A stretch of DNA of 64,000 nt from NCBI GenBank assembly GCA_950097015.1, contig CATNEN010000001.1:22506001-22570000 (forward strand), written 5' to 3'. Every line of letters starts with the position of its first letter. The stretch's first letter is position 1. Of the stretch, positions 34,565 to 47,531 are shown piece after piece. A model generated the notes under the pieces. The model did no database searches. It saw only the letters and a list, made by a program, of their open reading frames with translations, and was not told the origin of the DNA. A program made the position numbers and the translations under genes. Source of the stretch: Macrostomum hystrix (Eukaryota > Animalia > Platyhelminthes).

Positions 34565-36039
34565 AGAGACAGGTGTAATTAGTTATAGCATTATTATTAC
34601 TTTTATAACTGGGTGAACTGAAGCAAATAAGTTAGGCGTCTTGCCAAAGGGCATAAATTGTACTAGTAGAGTTGGGAATCAAACCCCCCACCCTAATTCC
34701 CGCTGCCTCATCTCTCCCATGTCTAATCCCTCCCCTTTCTCAGATTCCTACAGATAAAACGGCCGTCGTCTTTTAGGTTCTGTACGTCGCCCACAGGCTA
34801 ATAATTTTGCTGACCCCTAGCTGCTAAATACCATTGAACCAGACCAAATAACTCATGTATACACTGGGATCACTGGCTATGGTAGGACCAAATACTAGAT
34901 ACCAGTACAAGTAACTTCACTTGCCTTAACTTGCTGCTGTTTCAAGATCTACTACACCTCCATCTCTAAAGTTATCAGAGCTACTAATAAATGAACAAGT
35001 GTTTTTAAACCAACCTTGTACATGGATGTAAATAACTAATAATTGATTACACCAATTGGGCCAGATGTGCAGCCGACAGCACAGCCGGAGCTATCCACGG
35101 CGCATCTGAAGACTGCGTACAGCTGTACAGTCCATGGTCTGGGGGGACGCCACACCCACCTTCAAATATCCCAGCGAATGCTGGTACCATTTAACAGCTG
35201 AACTGAAGCAATGCAGAGTTAAATTAGTGTCTTGCTAAAGGACACAAATTGTCTCACATGAATGCAGCAGACCAAATAACCCTAGCTAGTACCAACAGCT
35301 GTCAATAGCTAATGAATGGCTATAATTTTTATGACACTTTAGGGTCTGACATACAAAGGTAGTCTATGTTTAGTAAGCCTTTTAGTTCAAAAATGCATTC
35401 ATAGCAAACTGAACCTGTACACATTTATAATCGAAACCAATGGCTCAAAAAGCTAGTAGCTATCAATTTTGGGTTAGGTGCCAAGTATTTCACAAAAGGA
35501 TCATGATTAGTCAAGCACTTACAATGTGACCAGTTCTCAGATGCACTGATGTAAGGAAAGCAGTTGCTAGGTAGTACTGCCTTAAGCCAGTCAACAATGC
35601 CACCATTCCAGCTAGTGTGATAAGTACCTGTTCAATAATGTTAAATATTTTAATAGCTGAAAAACTTATTACTATTAGCCATTTAAATTAGTCTGATAAA
35701 AAAGATTCGAGCTACAATTGAAACTAGTAACTCACCAGTCAGCTGAATTTATTTAATAGAACACTCTTGCCGAAACCTAGTCTTGTTTCGTCTGACTTTG
35801 AATTTATTTTATTTGTTTAATTCCTTCGAGATTCTTTTGATTGCTTCTCATTTGATTCCTCTGAGATTTCAGTGCTGAGTGCTCTTAAAAAATCGATAAT
35901 CATACAAAGATCTGTTCATACGATCTTGATTAAAAAGATACGAATTTGATTGAAACCACTTAATTTCAGATATCAGTTACTGCGTCATGTCTGCGTGTTA
36001 TATTCAGATACTACTACTGGCCCACATCTTAACATAGAT

Positions 36040-36252
36040 ATGGAAAATCAGCAGCAGCCCCAGCAACAGCAGCAGCAGCAGCAGCCCCAGCAGCAGCAGG
36101 GGCAGCAGCAGGGCCCTGGCTCACCGTGGCTTCTTGAGCCACACACGGTGGGCCAGGGCCAACGTGTGGTTGTCTGGAAGGTGAAGGTAGGTGCCGGGGC
36201 ATCTACCAACTTCACCCCGCGCCGGCACCTACCTTCCGGTGGAAGTAAATAA
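36040..36252 (+). CDS. Hypothetical 70-aa polyQ-containing peptide
   Basis: GC-rich ORF MENQQQPQ...PWLLEPHTVGQGQRVVVWKVKVG...SK in AT-rich DNA, with AATAAA immediately at the stop; no recognisable domain. Confidence 0.3.
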   Translation: MENQQQPQQQQQQQQPQQQQGQQQGPGSPWLLEPHTVGQGQRVVVWKVKVGAGASTNFTPRRHLPSGGSK

Positions 36253-37885
36253 AAAGGTTTGTTAAACCACTTTTTGCTATTTTATATCAATTGTTCTTCG
36301 CAATTCTTGACAGTTTTTTAACAATTATTAAAATATGCTTTTAAACATCCTAAAAAAGATATACCCGGTTTTGCAGGTTTTACTTTCCTTAAAAAACTTC
36401 ATATTGGTGCTAGGTGGTAAAACTAAATCTCTTTCTAGCCATTAGCTACACGTCGTTTAACATGCTGCAATTCACACAACAAATGCTAACACATTATTAC
36501 AATAAAGCAAAATGCACTCACCTTTAATATGACAGTAGCTAAATGCTATAACGTTAGTATTTTTGTCGTACGTGCCGCACTTCGTGTTTAACCATGCAGC
36601 TCATTCCATAAGCCAACTTCAAGCATTCGCTTAGAGTTGGATGCATGCCCTTGTTGCCATTGGATAAAGCATTTATTAAAGTTGCATATTTTTACTAAAT
36701 AATGATATTTGCGTTGCATGCCAAATATTAATTACGTATTTAAATTATAACATTTGCGCCTTAAAACTACTTTTCGCCTTTCAGAGCATATATCGAGAGC
36801 TGCGCCATATATCGAGAGCTGCGCCAAAAAATAGCGCCACATAGCTGCATGCGTTTTTGGATATCTATGCCTTCGTGTCTTTATTTATTTCACACTTATT
36901 TATTACATGCACTGCATGCATAAGTATTTATAAAGTGCTTTAGCTTTGAACGACAACAAACATATTTATTGAGCTATTGCACCTTGCTTTGTGTTTCTGC
37001 ACTTAACATGCATGCATGCTTCGCTTCTCAGAATGACTTGATATAATAGCTGGCTATAATCGCATCTGTCCCTTAAAGGCTTGCTGAAAGCTGAAATTCA
37101 TAGTTGACCAGGGATCAAATTTCAACCGAAAGCAAAAAACTGTATACTGTCAATTTCAAAATTTAGTTTTCCCCGTTCCAGAAAATGCTGAGACGTGTGT
37201 TGCAAGGTGGTCGGCAGAAAATGCACCGACGAGACATCGCTCTTAGCTTTTACCTCGGATGTACAGGTATGCAGTTACTTTCTTCTTAAGCAGTTTGAGT
37301 TTAAATTCACATTAGGAATTCAAAATGAGATAAATGAATTGATCTAACCCTCTGCAGCATGGGGAATTTCAGTCAGCGTCGAGCACAAGTTTGCCCAGCG
37401 TCCCGGCTAGCTGCATCTGGCCGAGTTTAGCAGGTTAGAGAACGACAGCGACCTTCACGAACTCCTTGTCATGTCAATAGAGTTCCACGGCTGCACTCGC
37501 AACAACGTTGTGTGCTTTTTGTTTTTTAGTTTATGAAATAATGTGCAGCAACAATTAGTTTATTTATAGTATAGCATTTATAAGTACTCGTAGATCTCAT
37601 ACTTTTATAGGAAACAGTCGGTCTCAATTACATGTCTTCAAAATCAAGGTTTAATTACAGATGATAAGTCATGCATGGACAATATGAGAAAACACAAGAA
37701 AACAGAACAAAACATGGCCGTAAGAAACAATAGTTTACATGAGTGAAGTAGCGCAACTGACAATCAGACAATCCGTGATGTAATTCTGAGTCATTGTCTG
37801 GATCATGTGATTTCTAGGGCAATGTAGGGATTTCTGAGGTATTAATTAAATTATGGGATTTCTGATTTGGGTGTCATTTTGTCTG

Positions 37886-38668
37886 TCATTTTTCTAAAAA
37901 AAGTTTTACTTTCTCGTGGTCGAAGTGAAATTTGTAAAAGTGCTTGTCTCTTGGGTGGGTCTTGGTGATAAGCTTGTCCTCGTAGTAATGCCTCAGCGCT
38001 CGCTTCATCGTTTCAAAGCTCATGTCCCGCCGCTTGTAACTGCCCCAGGCCTCTGCTAGGCCGGTTGGGTTTAGAATTTGGAAAATGCCCTCCAGCTTGT
38101 TCTCCCAGCGCAAGCAGGGTGGCGACAGGTCAGCGACAGACGGAGTTTCGAGAAACTGGTACAGAAACTCCCACAGCCAAAAATTCCTGTCTGAGGTTGG
38201 GCAATCCTAAGTTTTGATAGCTAATTGTTGTTAAATACTAAAGATTCTCAAATCCCAATTTTTCGCAGCTCAAAAACACTAAACGATGCCAGCACGCTTC
38301 TTCCTTGTTCTTTTTATGACGCCTGGCGGCTGCACATGCGTTGGGAGATGCGAAGTGGGCGGATCAAGCGAATGAACCCAGCAAAGGGAGCAATCAATCG
38401 CCGAAGCATTCAGTCGCTGCTGCGGATGCTGTTGCTGTCCGATGGACCAGATGGACTCCGATGCGCTCATGGCCCCAGTGTCATCTTCGTTGGCAACCGG
38501 CTTGTACAAATCGAAGAGGGCAGCGCTTTCGTAAGACTGGAGGTCACTGAATTCGCAGCGCATCACGGCGAAGTCCAAATTGTCTAGACTGCCCAGGTCA
38601 TCGACGGGCTGGTAAGAATAAATGGGTTTGCGATTAGCTTGTCTCCCGTGAACAATCAATCTAGACAC
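37886..38668 (-). CDS. ETS-domain transcription factor (ELF/E74-like helix); ETS exon 38190-37886, probable upstream exon ~38668-38300
   Basis: FWLWEFLYQFL...CLRWENKLEGIFQILNPTGLAEAWGSYKRRDMSFETMKRALRHYYEDKLITK...YKF contains the three ETS tryptophans and the RALR recognition helix; CAG acceptor at 38193-38191. The start codon and donor are uncertain. Confidence 0.85.
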
Positions 38669-40449
38669 CGTGTCCCATAGCTAGACAATCTAGCCACTCT
38701 CCGCAATCAAGTGTTGCTATAGTAACTGTCTTTCTAGCTATAAGCTAGCTACCTAGAAAATCTGAGATTTTGATATACTCCTAGTAGATACCCACTGTCT
38801 CCCATAGAACTACCAGTCACTGTCTCGAATCATAGATTTACCTTTAGGGATTCAGTTGTATTTCGGCTATCAAAATTCATTGTCCCAGTGTCTGGCACAG
38901 CCTCTAAGAGGAACCAGTTAATATTACTCTTGGCTGCTTCCGCTTTGTTGCTTATAGTTGTTGGAAAAAATATTGTGGCCGTGTCTCCGCTTTAGACAGC
39001 TAGCCAAATCAAGTTAAAATGTAAGGTATCTATGCTACCCTAAAGAAACGCTTTGTTTGTCTAGTCTAGACTCTAGTGACTCTAGACTCTTATCTCTGCT
39101 GTGAATTTTACTTCCCCTCGAGATCTCTCAAAATTTAGTTGGGTTAGACCATGAAATTCCCCAGGCTATTGTATTGTCTACAATTACGGTTGTAGACAAT
39201 AATCAGTAATTATATTTCTCATTGTCATTGTCAATGACAGTTGTTCGTTGTTGTTGTTGTTGTTGTTGTATTGTCAATGACACTGATCCCTTTACAAATT
39301 TGGTAATATACGTTTATAATTTTGATTATTGGCAATCATTCTATACAAAGATAAATACTCGTATGTAAATTGGGTTTAAAACATTCCGAATTTCTTCCAG
39401 ATATTCTCCATGAACACCTGACGCCCGGTACACGGTCAGGTGCGTCGAGAAATGGAAGCTGCGGATGACATTGATATTAGTGTCTATTCTAAGATTGCTC
39501 CTCAGAAGTTCGAGCGTCATGAAACTGTTGCCGTACTGTTTAGTTTAGCGGCATAATCACTGCAATATAACTGTTCAGCGTGAGAAATAAATTCGAAAAT
39601 AAGTTTTTACTAATTAATAGTCACAACAGGCATTTTGTACGAAAGAAAAACTCCAAGTGCCTTTATCAGGTAAAAGCGGGCTCTTTTATTATTGCTCTTT
39701 AAGCTTTCCCATTTTTATTTCTGTAATTTACTGTTGGTCTGTTCAATTTCACTCCTCTTCAGTTGCTTTGCATTTAGTACCCTGCAGATATTTAATTCTA
39801 CAAAAAATTCCGGTTTGAGTGCAATCCAAATCCTATCCTAGGCCTATCCCATATGTATACAGATATTTGGTGTTTACTTTTTTCTCCCGCTATGCATCCT
39901 TTTACTATTTATACAGAAAATTAAACGTTCTTTGTGCGGCAATTAAGCAGCCACAGTCAGACTTATTCATTATACTGAACTGCGTTAGAAATTTATATTT
40001 ATTTTCGTTGACTCTTACTTCTTTTATTTCGAAATCTCACATACTAATACTATATGTATATACAAAACTATTCCTTATTGTCAAGTCAACAACTACGGAA
40101 ATCCAACCAGTGCCAGTGGCACACAAAAAGGGAAGGCGACGATGAAAAATTATGGCTTGTGTATTTTTTGTGTAAATGTGTATTTTTTAAAGATTTATTT
40201 ATTAAAAAATGTGCGCGTGCGTATTTGTGCATAAATATTGAACACAACATTGATACAGTTATTTATAAACTATTGGCGCCAGTCAGTCAGCCGGCTTGGT
40301 CAGCCGGTCCCAGTCAGCCGATCTGCTGCCCTGCAGAGATTCACAGGACGCCCGGCTGCGATATAAAATATGGGTTTCAGTTTCATTTAGCTTATTTAGC
40401 TCGGTTATTAGATCAGATGCGTTAATAAATATTCTAATAATAATAATAT

Positions 40450-40782
40450 TCAAAAGCGACTACTCACATATGGGTCCAGGCCCGCCGCTATGCGGCGAGC
40501 TCTGGCCATCCGAATCATGGCCAGATTCACTCGACGCGTCGCTTCATTCAGCGCGTCCTGTGCCCGGCGCCGTGCGGGCTTCCAGGCCACTGTCGCCGCC
40601 ATCTCTTCCGCAGCGACGAGGCACGACTGGATGGCCTCATCCAGTTTGGTGGCGGCATTGGCCAGAATGTTAGCCCGGAACTGTGCCGGGAACAAATGAA
40701 AGTGGAACTCATTGTAGACATCAAGGCCATGGACATGGCATTGGCTGCTGTTGATGCTGTTGCTGTCGCTGTTGTTATTCAT
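40450..40782 (-). CDS. Hypothetical 110-aa protein
   Basis: GC-rich ATG-started ORF in AT-rich flanks; TATATAAATA ~105 nt upstream on the same strand; alanine/arginine-rich, probably helical; no recognisable domain. Confidence 0.45.
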   Translation of the reverse strand: MNNNSDSNSINSSQCHVHGLDVYNEFHFHLFPAQFRANILANAATKLDEAIQSCLVAAEEMAATVAWKPARRRAQDALNEATRRVNLAMIRMARARRIAAGLDPYVSSRF

Positions 40783-40997
40783 TTTTATTTGTTGAAGGAA
40801 GGTTGAAGGAAGTTAGTTGAGGGAATTTTAGTGATCTGGTGGGAGAAGTTGCAACTATAAAATTGCTCAACAACGATTGATTATCTATTTATATATGAGC
40901 CATACGTGCAGATATGCCACAGGTGGGTCCCCGCCTTCTCAAAAATTTATTGGACACAAGCCAATGAAAACGTGCCCGCGCCGCGCGGAATCCGACA

Positions 40998-41080
40998 GAG
41001 CCAATCCGAGCCAAGAGCGAGCCGAACCGGCTCGAGCCGAGCCGAGCGAGCCGAGCCGAGCCGAGCTGAGCTGAGCCAAC
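40998..41080. repeat. (GAGCC)n-like pentamer array
   Basis: CCGAGCCGAGCCGAGCTGAGCTGAGCC-type run upstream of the transposase pseudogene; possibly subterminal repeats. Confidence 0.7.
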
Positions 41081-41539
41081 TCGACTCGAGTCTCGACAAA
41101 GGCAAGTAAACTAGCAATTGTAGTAAATTAGTGAATTGTAATTTACAGACTTCTAGGCTATAGTAATATTATTTTCCCGGGTTAATTTACAGCAATTTTA
41201 TTTTCAATATATCCCATCTATTAGCCTTTGATAACCATCACTTACTCACAAAATTTCTAAAAGACGGACTAAAGGCGACACGAACCAACGACGAAAGTTT
41301 CAAAATTGGTTCACAAAGAACCTACTTGACTTTGCGGACAGTGATGTAGAAATGGACCAAGTGAGTTTTCAATTTTTATTGAGTTTCTATTTAAGTTTCA
41401 TGCAAGTTTGTGAAGAAATTTGACGAGGGTGGGGCAGACAGAGCAGAGGCAGGATTGACAGGGTTATAGGTTTGATTGATTGCATCGAATTTTATGCACA
41501 GTTTCATCGTCTTCTTTTTTTCCTCTTTATTGTCAATCA

Positions 41540-42452
41540 GGAGGTTGCATCTTCCCATGCAGATGGCGCAAGCCTCATTCCACCTGAGGATTCGCGGCCT
41601 GATTCTACCAGTGCCGGTGTCAATGCCTGTGACCCCATGCATTTATCAGCTATTAACGAGGCTTTCGACGAAAGTGAGGCTGATGAGTTCGACTACGCCG
41701 ATCACTTGTCAACAGATGCGGAAGATGGGGACCCAGGCCAAACAGCAAAGCCATCATTGGAGAGCCTGAATGAGGAGCTTCTAATATTCTTCGTTCGTTA
41801 CAACATCTCACATTGAGCGATGCAGTTCCTGCTCAATGCTCTAGTCTGCCGAGGCCTGCCGGTCGCAAGAACAGTGCACCGTCTGCGCAAAGAACCTTCG
41901 GCTGAAGCAGTACAAATACAAAAGTACACCATGGGTAGTGGACACTTTTCCTACATCGGTATTGCTTCGAACCTGGCGTTCCTGATTCGCGACGGCATGT
42001 TGGATCTTGGAAATCCGGAAGCCACCCAGAATGACAGCAAGGTTGGAACTGGACATTGATGTTGGCATTGACGGAATGCCGATTTACAATTCGTCAAATT
42101 ACGCGGCATGGCCTATTATCGTTAAGTTTTCGAGGTTCTGTCGCCCACTTCCTGTTGCTGTGTATGCTGGGTTGGGTAAACCACCTCTTACCGAGTACCT
42201 GGCCGACTTCATCAAGGAGCTGCAGTCCTTCATGACCGACTTTGTCGAAGTTAATGGGGTGCTAATCCACATCAGGAACATCACGTTCATTTGCTACACG
42301 CCAGCGCGGTCCTTCATCACCGCAACTTTGGGCCACAACGCACATCACGGCTGCCCCTACTGCAGAGTGGTAGCCCAGACGGTCGACCGGCGAATAGTCT
42401 ACCCTGTCGAAGTCGGAGAGTGTCGCACAGCTGAGGATTATCGTTTTAATAG
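41540..42452 (+). pseudogene. EnSpm/CACTA (CMC)-type transposase, disrupted
   Basis: DVGIDGMPIYNSSNYAAWPII, PVAVYAGLGKP, ICYTPARSFI (D to Y in the CDxPAR motif), GHNAHHGCPYC; stop at 41814-41816 and a frameshift near 42030. Confidence 0.8.
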
Positions 42453-42475
42453 GTGCGTGTGTGTGCATGGGGTTG

Positions 42476-44796
42476 TGAAATAGTCGCGGGTTTGCAATCC
42501 GATGATCTGTCCTCGTGGAGGAAAGGAGTGTGGGGATGGCGATAGGGTCAGAAGTCGTACCGCAAAGTCTCGCGAGTTGCCGCGGAAAGAGGGATGAAGG
42601 GAGAGATGAAGGGAGAGACAGTGGATGCAGGGAGTGGTCCTCTCGGCCTCAGGCTGGCCAGTCCCACTCAACCCATAGGCCACAGGCATGACTGCCGTGC
42701 CTACCCCAAGCAGTGCTCGAAACCGGCTAAAAGTCTAAATAGATGTCGGACTACCCGCAAACGGATAGGACAGGGCTATGCAGCCTACTGTCATCAGTAG
42801 CATGTTCGTAACTGACCCCTAAACTCGGTAGCAGTGGTCGACTCGGCCTAGGCTCTTGTCTTAGAAATGTGGAAAGGCTGTCGGCAAGCGGAAAATGATC
42901 TAGGGTAGCGCCACCACCCAATGCGCCTACGTTGCCACCGCAGACATTTGGGAACTTGGGTCCCCGGAGCTCGCGGCTCCTAGTTTGTCACACAGATCTT
43001 AGACAAGCCGAAAAAATAGAGCCTTCTGTAACTTCCGTTTTAGACTAGGGTGAAGACCCCAGAATGGATCGAGACACGCCTCACCAGGGGATTCCTGAAA
43101 TTGCGCTACAGTGGTCTAGAAAGGTGGTACTCAGAACCTGAAAGAGAAACCCATAGCCAGAATCCTACTCATGGGACATCAGACACATTCTGTACATTAG
43201 ACTGCAGCCTACACATTAGATAACTAGCAATCCGAGTCTGTGTGAGTTGAGGAAAACAGAGGCAGGAGAGATTAAGCTGAACACTGGCTGAGTGATTATG
43301 CGAGCGTAAGATTAAAAGATCATCACCCCCCACTCCCTTGGCGGTGGGAGCGAGAGGGGGGAACGGAAGGGAAACTCAATTGGCAGAAGAGCTTGACACG
43401 CACTCCCAGTTCCGCCAGGAAACGAGGAAAACCCGCCAAGGAATTCCCCACCCCTGGGCAGAAAGACAACACGTGCTACACCCCGCATTTTACTTGCAAA
43501 TCCCTAGCTCCATATTGCTCTCATACGCGCTTACAATTTCCTTCCTGCCGCAGCTTTCAGCTCGGCTGTGCCAGAGCCCATTCCCCTAATAGATTAGCCA
43601 CTCATGGTAGAGGGCTGTCTAAGGTTAAAATAAAGGTGAAAAGGAGACATAATAAGAGAAGATAAGTTGTTATAAAGTTAAGCCCAATAAGTTAAAAGTG
43701 CTTAGATTGGATAGTTTATTAGGCGAAAAAGTTCCTAGCTTCCCTCCCACTAAATGCCGCTTAACTAATAGAAAGCCCCTTAGGAGCAATAATTGCAAAC
43801 CGCTGCGCGGATTACTTATCTGGACGCTTCGGCCGCGTGCTGCAATCCCGTTGTTCTCGGGGAAGAGGACGGGGTAAGATAGTAAAAGCCGGGAAGGGAA
43901 AGATGCTGCGAGTCGGCAGGGGGCCAACACGCTTGGAGCTCAAGGCTCAATTTAACAGCTCACCTAAAGAGGTGGCTCGCGCTCAGGGGGAACGGGGACA
44001 GGAAATGGGCCTGCACTAACTGTGGAGCTATGAGCTCTAGGGTCTATGCCCTAACTGGGTCTGGGGGATAAGTCCTGGGTCCGGTGGGAGTCCGGCCCGG
44101 CAAAAGTAAGTCCGGCAGGGGAGAAGGGGAAGAGCCGGTGGGAGAAAAGAGGTCCTAGAGGGAGCAGCGCCGCGCGCTTGCTTAAATAGGCCTTGCAGCA
44201 CGCCAACCCCGACATCCATCAAAGCAACCCACATTCGCGCCCGCCTGTCAACGGGGAATCGAAGCGACGACAGGCCGCCCCAATTGCCCAATGAACCGGC
44301 GGCGGGAAACGACAGGTGCTCATCGAGAGCAGCCATCGGCAGACGGCCAACAATTGTTACTCCGCCGGGACAATGGAAGCGCAGGCGCCGACCTGCCTAC
44401 AGTGATATTTACACGTATCTAAAGGAAGGAGGTCATAAAGTCGAGCTGGGCTCGAATACTGTAAAGAAGCGGGGACATGAAGAATTTTATGATCACTCAT
44501 AACGCGTGAGTGAGCCCCTATATCTGATCGCGGTTTGGAGGGGAATTATGACCTAAACTAGTTCATACAGTAACATTATGGCCGCGATCAGTCATTCCTA
44601 CGGGGAGTCTAGACAACTCCGGAGAGAGAGGATTCGACAGCTACTTGATTCACCGCCGCCTCAAACCCGGCCCTAAGATTAATGATCTTGTTTTGTGACC
44701 AGCTGCTGGGTGGGTCGCAATTATTAGTTACTTAAAAATTTGAAAAATTATGCTGGCTCACATTCCCACTCGATTCCAGCAGCACACTCCACATCA
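42476..44796 (-). repeat. 3' LTR of family C element (2321 bp)
   Basis: Plus strand TGAAATAG...CCACATCA; direct repeat of 51115-53435 with about 4 substitutions noticed. Confidence 0.97.
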
Positions 44797-45682
44797 CTCC
44801 ACCTTCGCTCACTTTCACGTAAGACACTTACGTGCCTACTGACAGTAGTAGCGGGGTGTCTCGGGAATCGAGGGGATAAATAAAAATTACCTACAACATA
44901 CTGTAGAGAACCCTAGGAAGAATTCCGCTAGAGAAGAAATCCTAATGCGTACGTACGTACGGCTATAAATAGATTGGTGCGAGAGTAAAAAAACGGTCGG
45001 CGCCCCTAGCGACTAAGGGATAGAGTCCTGAGGGGAGGTGGGTGCGCATTCCGGTCGCGGCGATGTTGTTCTCGTTGCCCAGGGGGTGCCTCGTCCCGGC
45101 TCGCCTTCTTCTCCAGGTGGCTGCAGCTCGTCCCAGTTCTCCCTGCCCGGCTTGGTCTCGGTTGCGCAATCCTGGGGGGCCCCGGCCGTCTTCTCCTTGA
45201 GTCCGAGGGGTCCGGCCGTGCTCTGCCCAGGTGGGTCCAGGTTGTTCAGCCCGTTTGCGCCCTTGCCGATCCTGCTGCCGGGCCTTGGTAGCCTCTGATT
45301 CGCCGCGCGCCCGGATGTTTACAGCTGGCCGTGCCCGAAAATGCTCGCCGGGCCGGTTGCCTAGCCGTTGCGCGCGGTCCAATCGGCGCTGCAGCTGGTC
45401 GCAGCCGGAGAAAACCGCTGCTCAGGCCGCTCAGTTACGCTGCTGCCGGCCGCGATATCTCCTCACCGAAAAAATCAAGGCCCCAATACTAAACTACAAC
45501 TATGGCCCCCGTACTCATGGAATTTCCCACGATCCTTCCGAGCCTTCCTATTGGCTGGCGCCCCGGCCACCAAAACCCCTAAACAAACTATTATAAAAGA
45601 CCACTTGATGCTCCATTAACTTCAGGCCTGTTATCCTTGCTAAATTTATCAATTATTCTCGATCCATTTACCAAAAAATAAT

Positions 45683-46393
45683 ATGCGCCCGACTAGCGCC
45701 AGCATTGTGCCTGCATGCGAAGCTGCCGATATGGCCCTGCCGCCACCACCTGGAGGAGAGAGGTGAGTTACATTGCTTCCACTCGGCCTCCCAAGGCCGG
45801 TTATTGAGGGGCGATAATGAAATGGTTAGATAATAATTAGATTAGCTAGGATAATTATAGCAGTTCCCGGCACCCCCAACCTGATTCTGATCTATGACTG
45901 ATCCTAACCCAACCCAGATCCCTCAGCCCTCTAAGTTGAGTAATCCCAGTGAAATCCTAAATTAGCATTAAATCGAGTTTAATTTGTATAAAAATTTAGT
46001 GAATTTGCTATCACCGTGAGTGATTGCCACCGTCCTGCCCTCCTACTTCCAGAGATGCCGTGCCGCAGCCATTCATACGGCTTATCTTCGTTATTAGTAA
46101 GTCACCATGAATTGATATTTTAACGCTTCATTCTATATTAGCCACCACTTGATCTGATTTCTGGGTCAATCATCACTGAAATCCTACGCCAACCCTCAGC
46201 CGTAGTTACTTAACTACTTCCTTTTAATAAAACAAGATCCATCCCATCTCCCGCAGACATTGACGTGGCGCACAGCCGTCTCGCGGCAGAAGATCTCAGC
46301 GAGGCTCTGGTGGGCCCCATGGGCTGGGCCGCGGCGGCCGGCCTGTTGATGGCCGCAGGAGCATTCGCACTGGCTCGTCTTCGCCGGCGCTGA
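45683..46393 (+). CDS. Predicted antisense 3-exon membrane microprotein (45683 or 45731-45762, 46053-46096, 46257-46393), 70-86 aa
   Basis: TATAAAA at ~45593; donors GTGAGT (45763) and GTAAGT (46097); pyrimidine-rich CAG acceptors; in-frame product ...MALPPPPGGERDAVPQPFIRLIFVINIDVAHSRLAAEDLSEALVGPMGWAAAAGLLMAAGAFALARLRRR*; ATTAAA downstream. Confidence 0.55.
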
Positions 46394-47531
46394 CGCAAGG
46401 CGCAGCGAAAAGAGAAGCCATGAGCCTCGGGGGTTTTTCTACCAGACATCGACCCCCAGCCCCCTGTAAATACAACCTACTTCTTAGACTCCATTTCCCC
46501 ACATTTATCTAGTGCTTAGCCCCCATCTGTACAAACATCCCTTTTTTTTACTTTTCATTAAAATTTTTGCCATTATTATATTGCTTATCACAACCACCAC
46601 CTTGCTTATTAAAAATTGTACATAATGCAAAAATACATTTATCCAGTGCTTAAATTGGTGTGTACCGTTTACATGATTTCTCTGGTTGGGTTTCCTTGAT
46701 TTAAAAGAACGGTGTTATTCATGCTTAGAGAATTCTAAAGAGCAACGCGTCATTCCCAGTTTACATCTAAAACGAGCTCCCTCAATAATAATAAGGTGGA
46801 CATGGAACTAATCGAAAAATTACAACAGAGAGGCTTGCTTAGGTGCCCGCAGTCTAGTTGGCTCATCCGCGTAAACAACCCTGTCCTTTTCGCTGTGCCC
46901 TCACATTCACTTCTCACCTCCCTTAGAAAAGGAGCCACCATTGAAATAGTTCGTTTCCCCCGAACCAATAAGAAAGCTTCTCTCAACCTGAGCTAAAAGC
47001 CTGCCAGTTCCTTGTTCAACCACCCACCCCACTCCAAACTTAGGGTGCCCATCATACCACCCCGCTCACTTTGGCGGGTTGGTATCCCTCCTAATATAGA
47101 AATCTGTTCCCAGATGAACCAACTCCACGGCCCACCCGAAACAAAGCGATATAGAGGGTGCCATTCACAATGTGGTGCGAGTAATTTTAAATGTTTGAGA
47201 AAAGAAGGGTGCACGCCCTAGACTGCTGCAGTTAGAAATTATCTCAAGCGAAAAGTTTACTAGGGGAATTTCACCCCACTATGTATGTTTTTGGGTTTTT
47301 GACTAAAATTGTAAGAGTTTTTAGAATAAGATTTTTGTGCCAAGACGGCTTTTAAATGAGAGAAGGGAAAAGCATGCACAGTAGGAAGAAAAGCAAGAGG
47401 TGCGCGGTGCGAGCTGTTAATAAAGGGAAAAAGGATGGGGAGAACAAGGGAAAGATTTGGCGGGTAGGGCTTACCATGGATATCTCTCGCGCATTATCAT
47501 GCTCCATTCGGATTCTAAAGATCCTATCCTC

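Noticed and set aside
37180-37440. Plus-strand exon-like segments with AG/GT boundaries
   Set aside because: Could not be assembled into a convincing ORF; no domain evidence.
32390-41200. Terminal inverted repeats delimiting the EnSpm-type element
   Set aside because: Several CCCGG-starting candidates were seen, but no matching pair with a TSD could be identified.
44963-45382. 139-aa minus-strand ORF as env or accessory gene
   Set aside because: TTG start, no signal peptide or TM segment, and GC-rich sequence that is open in several frames.
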